DNA of 38,439 bases from an uncultured Smithella sp. (GTDB lineage: Bacteria > Desulfobacterota > Syntrophia > Syntrophales > Smithellaceae). The notes below the pieces were generated by a model. That model was not told where the DNA came from. It saw nothing but the letters and a program-made list of their open reading frames with translations, and ran no database searches. Shown here piece after piece: positions 18,397 to 27,056 of the stretch; position 1 is the stretch's first letter, and the number at the start of each line of letters is the position of its first letter. Location of the stretch: the NCBI GenBank assembly GCA_964581635.1, contig CAZOPH010000005.1, forward strand, positions 1 to 38,439, given 5' to 3'. Position numbers and translations under genes: made by a program.

Positions 18397-19116
18397 TTGA
18401 AAGATATTGGGTCTTTAGGTATAGGAAGCAATTTTCATGGCTCTCTTTTAGGCATGATTTTAGATGCCGGCTTGATGGTCAAATTTGTTCTGTTGATCCT
18501 GCTTGTTCTCTCCGTCGTTTCCTGGACGATCATTTTTCTAAAATTCAAATATTATCGAAAAATCAGAAAAGAAAATGAGGCTTTTGATTCTGAGTATCAG
18601 CACAGCAATAAGCTCTCCGATGTTCTCCCGGCGGCAAAGAAATATTCATGTTCAACAACGGCGGAAGTTTTCCGTGTCGGCTATACGGAACTGACCAAAA
18701 TGAATAAGCTGTCGAAAGAAGCAATCCGCAGCGAAGAAATCAGCCTCTCTTCTTTGGATAATGTGCAGCGCGCGCTCAACCGAGCCTCCAACACGGAAAT
18801 GACTAAACTGGAGAGTGCATTGGGATTTCTGGCCACAACCGGTTCCGCCAGCCCCTTCATCGGGTTATTCGGCACCGTCTGGGGGATTATGGAAACTTTC
18901 AAAGCCATCGGTGCGCGCGGTTCGGCGACGCTGGCCGTTGTCGCTCCCGGCATCTCAGAAGCGCTGATCGCCACAGCGGCGGGACTGGCCGCAGCCATCC
19001 CGGCCGTTATTTTTTATAATTATTTTTTGAATAAATCCAAAACAATGGTTCAGGAAATGGATAACTTTGCCGACGAATTTTTAAATATCGTCGAACGTTA
19101 TCTCATTCGTAAATGA
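18397..19116 (+). CDS. tolQ: Tol-Pal motor subunit TolQ
   Basis: MotA/TolQ/ExbB motifs LATTGSASPFIGLFGTVWGIM..F and VAPGISEALIATAAGL.AAIPAV; first gene of the tol cluster. Confidence 0.95.
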   Translation: MKDIGSLGIGSNFHGSLLGMILDAGLMVKFVLLILLVLSVVSWTIIFLKFKYYRKIRKENEAFDSEYQHSNKLSDVLPAAKKYSCSTTAEVFRVGYTELTKMNKLSKEAIRSEEISLSSLDNVQRALNRASNTEMTKLESALGFLATTGSASPFIGLFGTVWGIMETFKAIGARGSATLAVVAPGISEALIATAAGLAAAIPAVIFYNYFLNKSKTMVQEMDNFADEFLNIVERYLIRK

Positions 19117-19138
19117 GTTTTATTCAGGCTTAAAGGTT

Positions 19139-19561
19139 ATGAGACCGACACGCTCAAGCAATAACGACAGAAAATCTATGGCGGAAATTAACGTCACACC
19201 GCTGGTTGACGTAATGCTTGTGCTCCTCATCATCTTTATGGTCACCGCGCCGATGCTTTCTATGGGCATTGATGTCAACCTGCCGCGCGTCAAGTCAAAA
19301 AGTATCGATCTCGCGGAAGAAAAACTGGTCTTGAGCATTAACGAAAACAAAGAAATTTTCTTAAACAAAACCCGGATGCCGCTTCAGGATCTCGACGCGA
19401 AGCTTGCCGCAATTTTCGCCGTACGCGTTGACCGGGAGGTTTTTCTACGCGCTGACAAAAATGTCCCTTACGGCTTTGTGGTGGAAGTGATGTCGGAAAT
19501 ACGTAAGGCAGGTGTCGATAAACTCGGCATGATTACCGAACCGCCCGAGGGCATAAAATGA
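19139..19561 (+). CDS. tolR: Tol-Pal motor subunit TolR (ExbD family)
   Basis: MAEINVTPLVDVMLVLLIIFMVTAP, LRADKNVPYG.VV.VM..IRKAGV.K.GMITEP. Confidence 0.95.
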   Translation: MRPTRSSNNDRKSMAEINVTPLVDVMLVLLIIFMVTAPMLSMGIDVNLPRVKSKSIDLAEEKLVLSINENKEIFLNKTRMPLQDLDAKLAAIFAVRVDREVFLRADKNVPYGFVVEVMSEIRKAGVDKLGMITEPPEGIK

Positions 19562-20298
19562 CGTCCCGGATGCCCCATCAGAACCCCTTCGGCAATACCG
19601 GCATTCCCTACAATATGTTTCTCGCCTCCCTGCTACTTCACTTGATTGTTATTGCAGCCGTTATCGTGACCGTGCCTGGTGCATCAAGGCCGTTAACTTT
19701 TGGCGCACCTTATTCCGTCGCATTGGTGGATCCCGAAGTTTTGCGATCGCCCCCGGAGGCCTCCGGGCCCAAGAATTTGCTGCAACCATCCCAACCGGAC
19801 CACGCCGTAATTCTGAAGCGTAAGCCTACCGCTTCGGAAACTGCGCCCCTGATCAAAAAAGTCGAAACCGACAAACCGGACATTGAAAAAGCAATCAGCG
19901 CCATCAAGCAAAAAGAACTTTCCGACGGGGAGAACAACAAGACGAGCAAGGCGCCGCCCGTCTCCCAACCCCCTGGCGCCTCCCCAACCGCTTCGGCCGA
20001 AAATCAATCGCGAACAAACGATTACAACCGTTTTATCTGGTCGAGAATCAAAAAAAATTGGACATTACCGGCAACGTTAATGCCCAAAAAAAATGTGGAA
20101 ACCATTATTGAGGTTAGAATTGCGCAAAGCGGCGCATTGGAATATATCGGGTTTGAAAAACGTTCCGGTCATAGTTATTTTGACGAGTCTGCGCTGCGAG
20201 CCGTTAAAAAATCAGCTCCCTTTCCCCCGCTTGCGGGATGGGTGAACAGTCGATCGATTGAAATCGGCATCCGCTTTCATTCCGCGGAATTACGCTAG
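19558..20298 (+). CDS. tolA: TolA (short, TonB-like) energy transducer
   Basis: TM with SxxxH (SLLLH), Pro/Lys-rich spacer, TonB/TolA C-terminal domain (YNRFIWSRIKKNWTLP...RSG..YFDESALRAVKKSAPFPPL); lies between tolR and tolB. Confidence 0.85.
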   Translation: MTSRMPHQNPFGNTGIPYNMFLASLLLHLIVIAAVIVTVPGASRPLTFGAPYSVALVDPEVLRSPPEASGPKNLLQPSQPDHAVILKRKPTASETAPLIKKVETDKPDIEKAISAIKQKELSDGENNKTSKAPPVSQPPGASPTASAENQSRTNDYNRFIWSRIKKNWTLPATLMPKKNVETIIEVRIAQSGALEYIGFEKRSGHSYFDESALRAVKKSAPFPPLAGWVNSRSIEIGIRFHSAELR

Positions 20299-20324
20299 AA
20301 AACCAAAAAGGTCCTGCCCCAATC

Positions 20325-21641
20325 ATGAGAAAAAAATTTTTCTTCAAGCTCCTCATCTTTTTCATTTTGTTAGGTGCCTGCGGCATGCATCACACAGCAT
20401 TCGCTAAGGTATATATTGATATTGACTCACCCGGTTTTCAGCAATTCCCCATAGCCATTTGTGATTTTCAAAATAAAAAAACAGGGACAGACGCATCATC
20501 CGATGTCCATACCGCCCTTGCCGACCACATTCGGCATGACCTCGCCCTGTCGGGAATCTTTAATATCTTAGACAAAAAAAGTTTTCTGGAAGGCGTTGAA
20601 CCCGGGACGCCGGAAACCATTCGTTTTTCCGACTGGTCCGTCCTCGGCGCGGATTTTCTGCTCCGTGGCGATATGATCACCAGCCCAAATGATGCCTTCG
20701 TGCAGAGCCGTCTTTACGATGTCACACGCGGCCAGCTTCTTTTTAATAAAAAATATTCAGGCAAAACCGGAGACTTGCCGGCTATGGCCCGCGCCATCGC
20801 CGCCGATATCCTGCTTGCGCTGACGGGAGATGAAGGCGACTTCAATACAAAAATTGCTTTCGTGACGAAAAAAAGCAGCCGGTCTGATATTTACACAATG
20901 GACTACGATGCATCCAACTTGAAAAACCTGACCGATCATCAAAATATTGTCGCGGCGCCGCGCTGGTCGCCGGATGGTCAATATCTCGCTTTCACGTCCT
21001 ACAAAGGCGGCCGGCCGGAGGTTTATCTCCGTCATTTGAAAACCGGAAAAGAAAAAAAGATTTCTTCGTTCAAAGGTCTTAATTTATGCGGCTCCTTTTC
21101 TCCAGACAGCAAAAAACTATTGCTGACACTGAGCAAGGACGACAATGAAGAAATCTATGTTCTGGATATTGACACGATGACGCTCAAGCGCTTAACCCGC
21201 AATTATTCCATTGATGTCTCTCCGGCCTGGTCGCCTGACGGCAAAAAAATCGCTTTCGTTTCCAATCGCTCCGGCTCGCCGCAAATCTTTGTCATGGATA
21301 CGGACGGCAACAACGTTAAACGAATTACTTTTGAAGGCAATTACAACACATCTCCTTCCTGGTCTCCCCGCGGCGGCAAAATTGCTTATGAAGGCCTCAT
21401 CAATCATAATTATCAGATCTTCTCCGTGGACGAGGAAGGCTCCAATCCTATTCAGTTGACATTCGATGCTGCGGATAATGAATATCCATCCTGGTCTCCT
21501 TCCGGCAGACAAATTGTTTTCAGTTCCCGGCAAGGCTCAAAAAGCCGCCTGATTATTATGAATTCAAACGGCCTGAATGCGCGCATCCTCAGGGAAAGCA
21601 AAGATCATTTAGTCATGCCGTCCTGGTCACCCAGATTTTAA
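20325..21641 (+). CDS. tolB: Tol-Pal beta-propeller protein TolB
   Basis: Signal peptide, VYIDI N-terminal domain, F.TKIAFV, repeated PD40 motifs (PRWSPDG, PAWSPDG, PSWSPRG, PSWSPSG). Confidence 0.96.
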   Translation: MRKKFFFKLLIFFILLGACGMHHTAFAKVYIDIDSPGFQQFPIAICDFQNKKTGTDASSDVHTALADHIRHDLALSGIFNILDKKSFLEGVEPGTPETIRFSDWSVLGADFLLRGDMITSPNDAFVQSRLYDVTRGQLLFNKKYSGKTGDLPAMARAIAADILLALTGDEGDFNTKIAFVTKKSSRSDIYTMDYDASNLKNLTDHQNIVAAPRWSPDGQYLAFTSYKGGRPEVYLRHLKTGKEKKISSFKGLNLCGSFSPDSKKLLLTLSKDDNEEIYVLDIDTMTLKRLTRNYSIDVSPAWSPDGKKIAFVSNRSGSPQIFVMDTDGNNVKRITFEGNYNTSPSWSPRGGKIAYEGLINHNYQIFSVDEEGSNPIQLTFDAADNEYPSWSPSGRQIVFSSRQGSKSRLIIMNSNGLNARILRESKDHLVMPSWSPRF

Positions 21642-21882
21642 TAAAAAATTTATTTGATGTTGGGGTTGTTATTTTTCACCCTTTGCCGTATAGAAAACAT
21701 CATGGTCAATATAGAATTTGATAAGGACGTTGAAAAGCAAAGGGGTTGCCGGGTGTCCCCTTCATCAAAATATCCCATGTCCTTGCGTTTTATATTGTTT
21801 TTATTGACGTTCGCCGGCAAGTTATGTTGAAGCTTCAACACAACTTGTGGACGATTCATCCTCATCAAGAAAGGAGAGTATC

Positions 21883-22476
21883 ATGAAAAAATATTTAACA
21901 CTTCTCGGGTTATTAATTGTTTTTTCACTGGGTTTAACCATGTTCAGCGGTTGTGCGGAAAAACAAGCCGTTGTGAAGGATGAGGGCGTCCAGGAACAGA
22001 AGGCAGGTCCCGCACAGGCGCCGGTCACCGTGACAGATGATGAGGCCGCCCGACGGGCGAAAGAACAGGCAGACCGGGAAGCCGCTCTGAAAGCCCAGGC
22101 CGCGAAAGAGGCCAGAGAAAAAAAGAATGCGGCAGCCCTCAACGACCTGAACATTCAAAACATCTATTTCGATTATGACCAATCCAATATCCGGTCCGAT
22201 GCTCGTGAAATATTAAAAGCAAACGCCGCAATCTTCACAAAGAACAGCAGCGCCACCATCGTTGTTGAAGGTTACTGCGATGAAAGAGGGACCACCGAAT
22301 ACAATATGGCACTGGGCGAGAGACGGGCGCAGGAAACCAAGCAATATCTGAGCAATCTGGGGATCAACGCATCGCGTATTGAAACCATCAGCTACGGCGA
22401 AGAACGCCCGCTGGATCCCCGCAGCACGGAAGAAGCTTGGGCGCAGAACAGACGCGTACAGTTTCTTTTAAAATAA
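21883..22476 (+). CDS. pal: Peptidoglycan-associated lipoprotein Pal
   Basis: Start ATG 21883 after AAGGAGAG; lipobox FSGC; OmpA-like domain IYFDYD, EGYCDERGTTEYNMALGERRA, ISYGEERP, NRRV. Confidence 0.96.
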   Translation: MKKYLTLLGLLIVFSLGLTMFSGCAEKQAVVKDEGVQEQKAGPAQAPVTVTDDEAARRAKEQADREAALKAQAAKEAREKKNAAALNDLNIQNIYFDYDQSNIRSDAREILKANAAIFTKNSSATIVVEGYCDERGTTEYNMALGERRAQETKQYLSNLGINASRIETISYGEERPLDPRSTEEAWAQNRRVQFLLK

Positions 22477-22488
22477 TTAACACAGGAG

Positions 22489-23304
22489 ATGGCTTTGAAA
22501 AACGCTCTTTATCTGATGTTTTTAGTTGTTGTTTTTGCAGTGGCCGGTTGCGCGACCTCTTCCGATTTAAAGATGGTCCGTTCGGAATTAAACCAGCAGA
22601 TGGAAGAAAAAGTTGTCGCTGTAAATACCCGGATCGCTGCGCTGCAAAAAGATCAGGAGAAAAATACCGAAACCCTGGCTTCCCTGCGTAAAGGGCAGGC
22701 CAATGCCGGCGCGGACTTTACGGAACTGCGCGATCAGGTCCAACAATTACGCGGCGAAGTTGAAACATTGAAGAAGGAGACGTCCCGGGATACCCTCAAA
22801 GACAACAAGGAAAAGCTTGACAGTCTGCTCCTGAAGATCAATTTCATTGAAAATTTTCTGGAAATCGGCAAAAAAGATTCAGCAAGCGACACCGATAGTT
22901 CTGCTTCAGCCAAAGATCCTTCAGGCAAGCAGGGCAAAGCGGCAACATACGCGGCGGCCTATGAGACCTTCAAAAACGGCAATTACCCTAAAGCCAGAGA
23001 AGCTTTTCAAGGCTTCCTGGCCGCCTATCCGTCAGGTGAGTACTCCGATAATGCCCAGTTCTGGATTGGCGAATGTTATTTTTTTGAAAAGAAATATGAA
23101 AAAGCCATTCTGGAATATGAAAAAGTGACCAAGAAATTCCCCAGCAGCAATAAAGTCCCTTACGCCCTGTTAAAGCAGGGGATCTCCTTTCATAATCTGG
23201 GCGATAAGGCAAGCGCCAAACTGCTTCTGCAGCAGGTCATTAAGGATTATCCCAATACAAGTCAGGCGCGGATTGCGCGCACGAAACTTCAAGAAATCAA
23301 GTAG
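22489..23304 (+). CDS. cpoB: Cell division coordinator CpoB (YbgF)
   Basis: N-terminal coiled coil (LRDQVQQLRGEVE), C-terminal TPRs (F..FL..YP...YSDNAQFWIGE, K..YALLK.G, VIKDYP); follows pal; AGGAG SD. Confidence 0.93.
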   Translation: MALKNALYLMFLVVVFAVAGCATSSDLKMVRSELNQQMEEKVVAVNTRIAALQKDQEKNTETLASLRKGQANAGADFTELRDQVQQLRGEVETLKKETSRDTLKDNKEKLDSLLLKINFIENFLEIGKKDSASDTDSSASAKDPSGKQGKAATYAAAYETFKNGNYPKAREAFQGFLAAYPSGEYSDNAQFWIGECYFFEKKYEKAILEYEKVTKKFPSSNKVPYALLKQGISFHNLGDKASAKLLLQQVIKDYPNTSQARIARTKLQEIK

Positions 23305-23324
23305 CGCTGGATACAATACACTTC

Positions 23325-23359
23325 AAAGGGGCTATGTTGTGCATAAAGCCCCTTTTTTT
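23325..23359. terminator. Bidirectional intrinsic terminator between cpoB and the convergent LolB-like gene
   Basis: AAAGGGGCT-ATG ttgtg CAT-aa-AGCCCCTTT followed by a T run; GC-rich stem with an A-tract before and a T-tract after. Confidence 0.75.
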
Positions 23360-23466
23360 ATGAGAGCGTTCTCTGCCGACCAAAGCAACGGCCAGGGAAT
23401 CCGGAGATTCATCTTCCCTGGAAAGACGAAAGATTTTTCGCTCCTTTCGGACACCTTTCAAAATCG

Positions 23467-24243
23467 TTAATCCAGTTTGATTATTTTCATTCCCGCCGGC
23501 ACAGACAATTCAAAGACCGACAGGTCCGTCGCCTTTTCGATTTTAACATCCATGAATTTTGTAGTAACGGACGTTATGTGATCTGCCATTTCGATGATGA
23601 TTTTTCCGGGCAGACGACTCGCCGGTTCATAATCCTCATACAACACCCGGTAAATCTCTTTGCCGTCCGTTCCATTGCGGATCAGTTTTGCCATCGTTCC
23701 GTTCTTGTTCTTCCAGACGGTTTGCGAAGCACCTGCTGAGGTCGTCATCAAAATCCGCAACAAATGATCTTCGATATAACTTTCATAAGACAATTTATTT
23801 CCGGGAAGCGGCGGATAGTCTCCGGAAAAAATAGCGACAATATCTTCGATTTTAAAAGCCCAGGGTAAGAATCGCGCCAAATTCTCGGCAGAGGGTTTCC
23901 CTGCATAAAACTCGCCCTGCGAAGGAATAAAGATCCTCATTTCATCCGATGTGGCGGCCAGAAAAAAATCCGGCGTGCCAATCACGGGCAGCGCTTCCAG
24001 TCGAAAGTAGGAAGGCTTCTGCAAAATCAACGCGGCTCTTATTGGATAATGTCCCTGGGCCGTCGTCAGGTCAAGCCGCGCAGTGGCGACCATTCTTTCC
24101 GTTTCATGAATAGTTGCAGTGAGTTCTAAAGATTTTGGCGGAATGCCCGACCCCCTAACGGCCTTTCCGGCACATCCGCAAGCCAGCATCGACAGCAACA
24201 GAACCATCAGGATTCGTTTGTAAGGAAAACGTCGATCACACAT
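23467..24243 (-). CDS. Outer-membrane lipoprotein with a LolB-like (DUF4292-like) fold
   Basis: Signal peptide ending LACGC. FRLEALPVIGTPDFFLAATSDEMRIFIPSQGEFYAG...IFSGDYP and RVLYEDYE....LPGKIIIE align by eye to E. coli LolB [36 protein letters not shown]...WILGLP and KVVYGGYD....MPANMEL (recalled sequence). Confidence 0.65.
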   Translation of the reverse strand: MCDRRFPYKRILMVLLLSMLACGCAGKAVRGSGIPPKSLELTATIHETERMVATARLDLTTAQGHYPIRAALILQKPSYFRLEALPVIGTPDFFLAATSDEMRIFIPSQGEFYAGKPSAENLARFLPWAFKIEDIVAIFSGDYPPLPGNKLSYESYIEDHLLRILMTTSAGASQTVWKNKNGTMAKLIRNGTDGKEIYRVLYEDYEPASRLPGKIIIEMADHITSVTTKFMDVKIEKATDLSVFELSVPAGMKIIKLD

Positions 24244-24288
24244 GCCAAAAACACTTTCTAAGAAAATTTGACGCAGGTTTTGCCGACT

Positions 24289-25995
24289 CTATTTTTTATT
24301 GATCAGCGCGTCGAGTTTCTTTTTCAGCGTACTGTTGTCGGAATCGATTTTTACGGCATTCCGGTAGTATTCCAGCGCCTCTTTATCCTTTCCGATTTTT
24401 AGATAAACATCTCCCAGATGCTCCATAATATTAGCATCATCCGGCAATAACTCCCGTGCTCTTTTCAGATGTTTCAGGGCGCTGTCGTATTGATTTTTTT
24501 TAAAATGCACCCAGCCCAACGAGTCTAGAATGTATCCGTTGTCCGGCTTGATCTTTAATGCTTGGATAATCATTTGTTCGGCCCGGTCCAGATGAATCCC
24601 ACGGTCGGCATAGGAATATCCGATAAAATTAAGTGCATCTGCGTTTTGTGGATCAATATCCAGCACGGTTTCCATGGATTTGATGCTTTCCTCAAAACGG
24701 TTCATTTTCTCCAGGATTGAACCACGGACATAATGAAGATCCGCATTGCGCGGGAAGCGCCCAATGCCTTCCAGTACTGTTTTTTCAGCCACCGCAAAGC
24801 TCTTCTGTTCTTCGTACAGCGATGATAAATAGAGATATAGAATGGCCTGATCATTTTTCTTCTGGATGGCTTGGGTCAGGACCAGGATGGCGTCATCGAG
24901 CCGGCCTTCTTTCTTGAAAATCATAGCCGTGTGGATCTGGACATTGGCATATAATTCAAACACCGTAGATATTTTTTGATACTCCGCCCGCGCCGCAGAC
25001 AAATCACCTTTTTGCTCCAGAACATTGGCTAGAAGATAATGCAATTTGTCGTCGTTTGGCGCTGTTTCCAGAAGAGACGAAAATTGAACGGCCGCCGCAT
25101 CAAACCGTCGCATATCATAGTATAAGAGCCCCAGCGCAGTGCGTACCTGCCGGTTGGCGGGATCCGTTTTCAAAACTTCCTGCAATTCTTTTTCCGCCGC
25201 TTCGCGCTTATTCGCCTTAACCAGCAGATCGGCTATCTTCATTCGGAAATTTATCCGGGCGGGATTAATTTCTAAATAGCGGCGGTAAACGCCAATGGCT
25301 TCATTATGCTTGTTTTGAGTTTCGTATAGTGCGGCAAGCCCCAGCCAGGCTGCTTCAAACGCCGGCCCTTGCAAAGTTATTTTATGGTATAAAGCCTCTG
25401 CCTCCGCCCAACGGTTCATTTGGGTCAGTGTTTTTGCGTAATAATACATCCCGATAATATTGTCAGGATCTATGGCCAGCATTCTTCGATAAGCCTTCTC
25501 CGCCGAATCATACTTTTTTTCCTGGGCATAGATGGTCGCCAGGTACAAATAGGCAACCAGATTCTTCGGATCGATCTCGATAATGGTCTGATACTCCCGA
25601 ATCGCTTTATCATATTCGTGTAAGTTAAAATACAAACCACCCATAATCGAACGCAGCTCAGTGTTACCGGGATTTTTAGCCAGAGATGACTCACCCAGAG
25701 ACAAGGCAAGATCGACGTTACTGTTCTCGACATACATCGAAACCAGTTCGGTGGTAAGATAAGGGGAATCGGGCTGAATCGAGAGCGCCTGTTTCAGTTC
25801 ATCGATAGCCCCCCCTAGATCGCCATCCAGCCTCAACAGAACAGCCAGCGAATAATGATAGGCGGCCGCCCCGGAATAATTTTCCGGAGCGGACGGATAA
25901 GATAATGGATGGCTTCCTGACAAAAAAGTGCAGCCAGAAAATATCGCGGGGAGAAGCAAACAGCAGGTTATGAAATTGATGAGTTTTTTTTGCAT
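24289..25995 (-). CDS. Tetratricopeptide-repeat lipoprotein (LbcA/PA4667-like candidate)
   Basis: 568 aa; lipobox FSGC at C22; tandem TPR helices throughout; C-terminal ALNFIGYSYADRG.HLDRAEQMI.QAL.I.PDNGYILDSLGWVHFK...IMEHLGDVY, the signature of the PA4667-type TPR family. Confidence 0.88.
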   Translation of the reverse strand: MQKKLINFITCCLLLPAIFSGCTFLSGSHPLSYPSAPENYSGAAAYHYSLAVLLRLDGDLGGAIDELKQALSIQPDSPYLTTELVSMYVENSNVDLALSLGESSLAKNPGNTELRSIMGGLYFNLHEYDKAIREYQTIIEIDPKNLVAYLYLATIYAQEKKYDSAEKAYRRMLAIDPDNIIGMYYYAKTLTQMNRWAEAEALYHKITLQGPAFEAAWLGLAALYETQNKHNEAIGVYRRYLEINPARINFRMKIADLLVKANKREAAEKELQEVLKTDPANRQVRTALGLLYYDMRRFDAAAVQFSSLLETAPNDDKLHYLLANVLEQKGDLSAARAEYQKISTVFELYANVQIHTAMIFKKEGRLDDAILVLTQAIQKKNDQAILYLYLSSLYEEQKSFAVAEKTVLEGIGRFPRNADLHYVRGSILEKMNRFEESIKSMETVLDIDPQNADALNFIGYSYADRGIHLDRAEQMIIQALKIKPDNGYILDSLGWVHFKKNQYDSALKHLKRARELLPDDANIMEHLGDVYLKIGKDKEALEYYRNAVKIDSDNSTLKKKLDALINKK

Positions 25996-26041
25996 AGCGT
26001 ATGGTTGCCCTCAACGCCTCCATCCCGTGAAAAATCGTTTA

Positions 26042-27031
26042 TTAGGATGCGTTTTCCGTTGTTTTCTTTTTGATCAGTTTCGAGACCGGAATAATCGAAA
26101 CCCCCTTTTCCTGAAAGACTTTATGGGCATCTTTGAGCGCCCGAATCGTCTCGGGATAGGGGTGACCGATCACGATAGGCATCGCGTTACCGGCCGGCGC
26201 CTCGGCCACATCCACCAGGATTTGATAAATTTTTGAATAGTTGCGGTCATTGTCCAGAAAGACCGTGCGTGACGCAACGGTTAAATGAACTTTTTGCGCA
26301 ACCTCCGTTGTTTTTGAACCATAGGTTGTCCGTGAATCGATAAAAAATAAATTTCTTTTTTTCAGCTGTTTAAAAACCGGCACTAGATTTCTCTCACTGG
26401 ACATAAATTTGGAACCCATGTGGTTGTTGACACCGACGGCATGAGGAACGGAAGCCAGATTTTTTTCCAGCTGAAAGATAAGTTCTTCATCATTCATATC
26501 CGAAAAAAGAGCGCCGCTGCCCGGTTTTTCCTTCGGGTAGGAAAGCGGCTCCATGGGCAGATGCAGCAATGTTTCACGATTGGCCTTATGCAACACATCC
26601 GCCGCTTCCCGTGAGTGGGCAAGAAGCGGTAAAATGGCAAACGTAATATCTGCATCGATGCTCAAAAGATCACGCACCGGCGTCATATCGTAACCTATGT
26701 CGTCAATAATAATTGCTACCTGTTTTAACGGCAAACGAAGGGGTTTTATTTTGGCAATAACAACCTGTTCTTTCTCTGGAGATTTCACCGCAGATTGAGG
26801 CGCAGGAAGAATTTGTTTGTCTTTTTCACGCGCTTCTCGTAACGGAAGCTTCGCTCGTTTCGCCTTCGGCTGCGCTGTTTGTTTCTTCTGCGCAGGCGGC
26901 TGCTTGACCAACACCATCTCTTCCTGATGAAACAGTATCACGTAAGTTATCGCAGTAATGGACAAGACAATCAGTGCGACTAAAACTGTTGTTAATACGT
27001 GGTTCTTTTTTTTCTTTTTCATGGCTGACAA
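26042..27031 (-). CDS. Divergent polysaccharide deacetylase family protein (YibQ-like), membrane anchored
   Basis: N-terminal basic stretch plus TM, VAIIIDDIGY, LLHLPMEP...KPG.GAL, GVNNHMGS, FFIDSRT, VFLDN, IGHPYPET. Start is TTG 27031 or ATG 27022. Confidence 0.92.
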   Translation of the reverse strand: MSAMKKKKKNHVLTTVLVALIVLSITAITYVILFHQEEMVLVKQPPAQKKQTAQPKAKRAKLPLREAREKDKQILPAPQSAVKSPEKEQVVIAKIKPLRLPLKQVAIIIDDIGYDMTPVRDLLSIDADITFAILPLLAHSREAADVLHKANRETLLHLPMEPLSYPKEKPGSGALFSDMNDEELIFQLEKNLASVPHAVGVNNHMGSKFMSSERNLVPVFKQLKKRNLFFIDSRTTYGSKTTEVAQKVHLTVASRTVFLDNDRNYSKIYQILVDVAEAPAGNAMPIVIGHPYPETIRALKDAHKVFQEKGVSIIPVSKLIKKKTTENAS

Positions 27032-27056
27032 TATCCGTGCCCCTCTGAAAACGGCA

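Noticed and set aside
20325-20405. TolB signal contains LGAC, a possible lipobox
   Set aside because: A good signal peptidase I site (AFA-KVYIDI) follows and matches the usual mature TolB start. The sequence alone cannot support lipidation.
21805-21832. Possible sigma54 or sigma70 promoter for pal (TTGACG; GGCA...TTG)
   Set aside because: The spacing is wrong for both: no -10 box at 16-18 bp from TTGACG, and the GG-to-GC spacing does not fit -24/-12.
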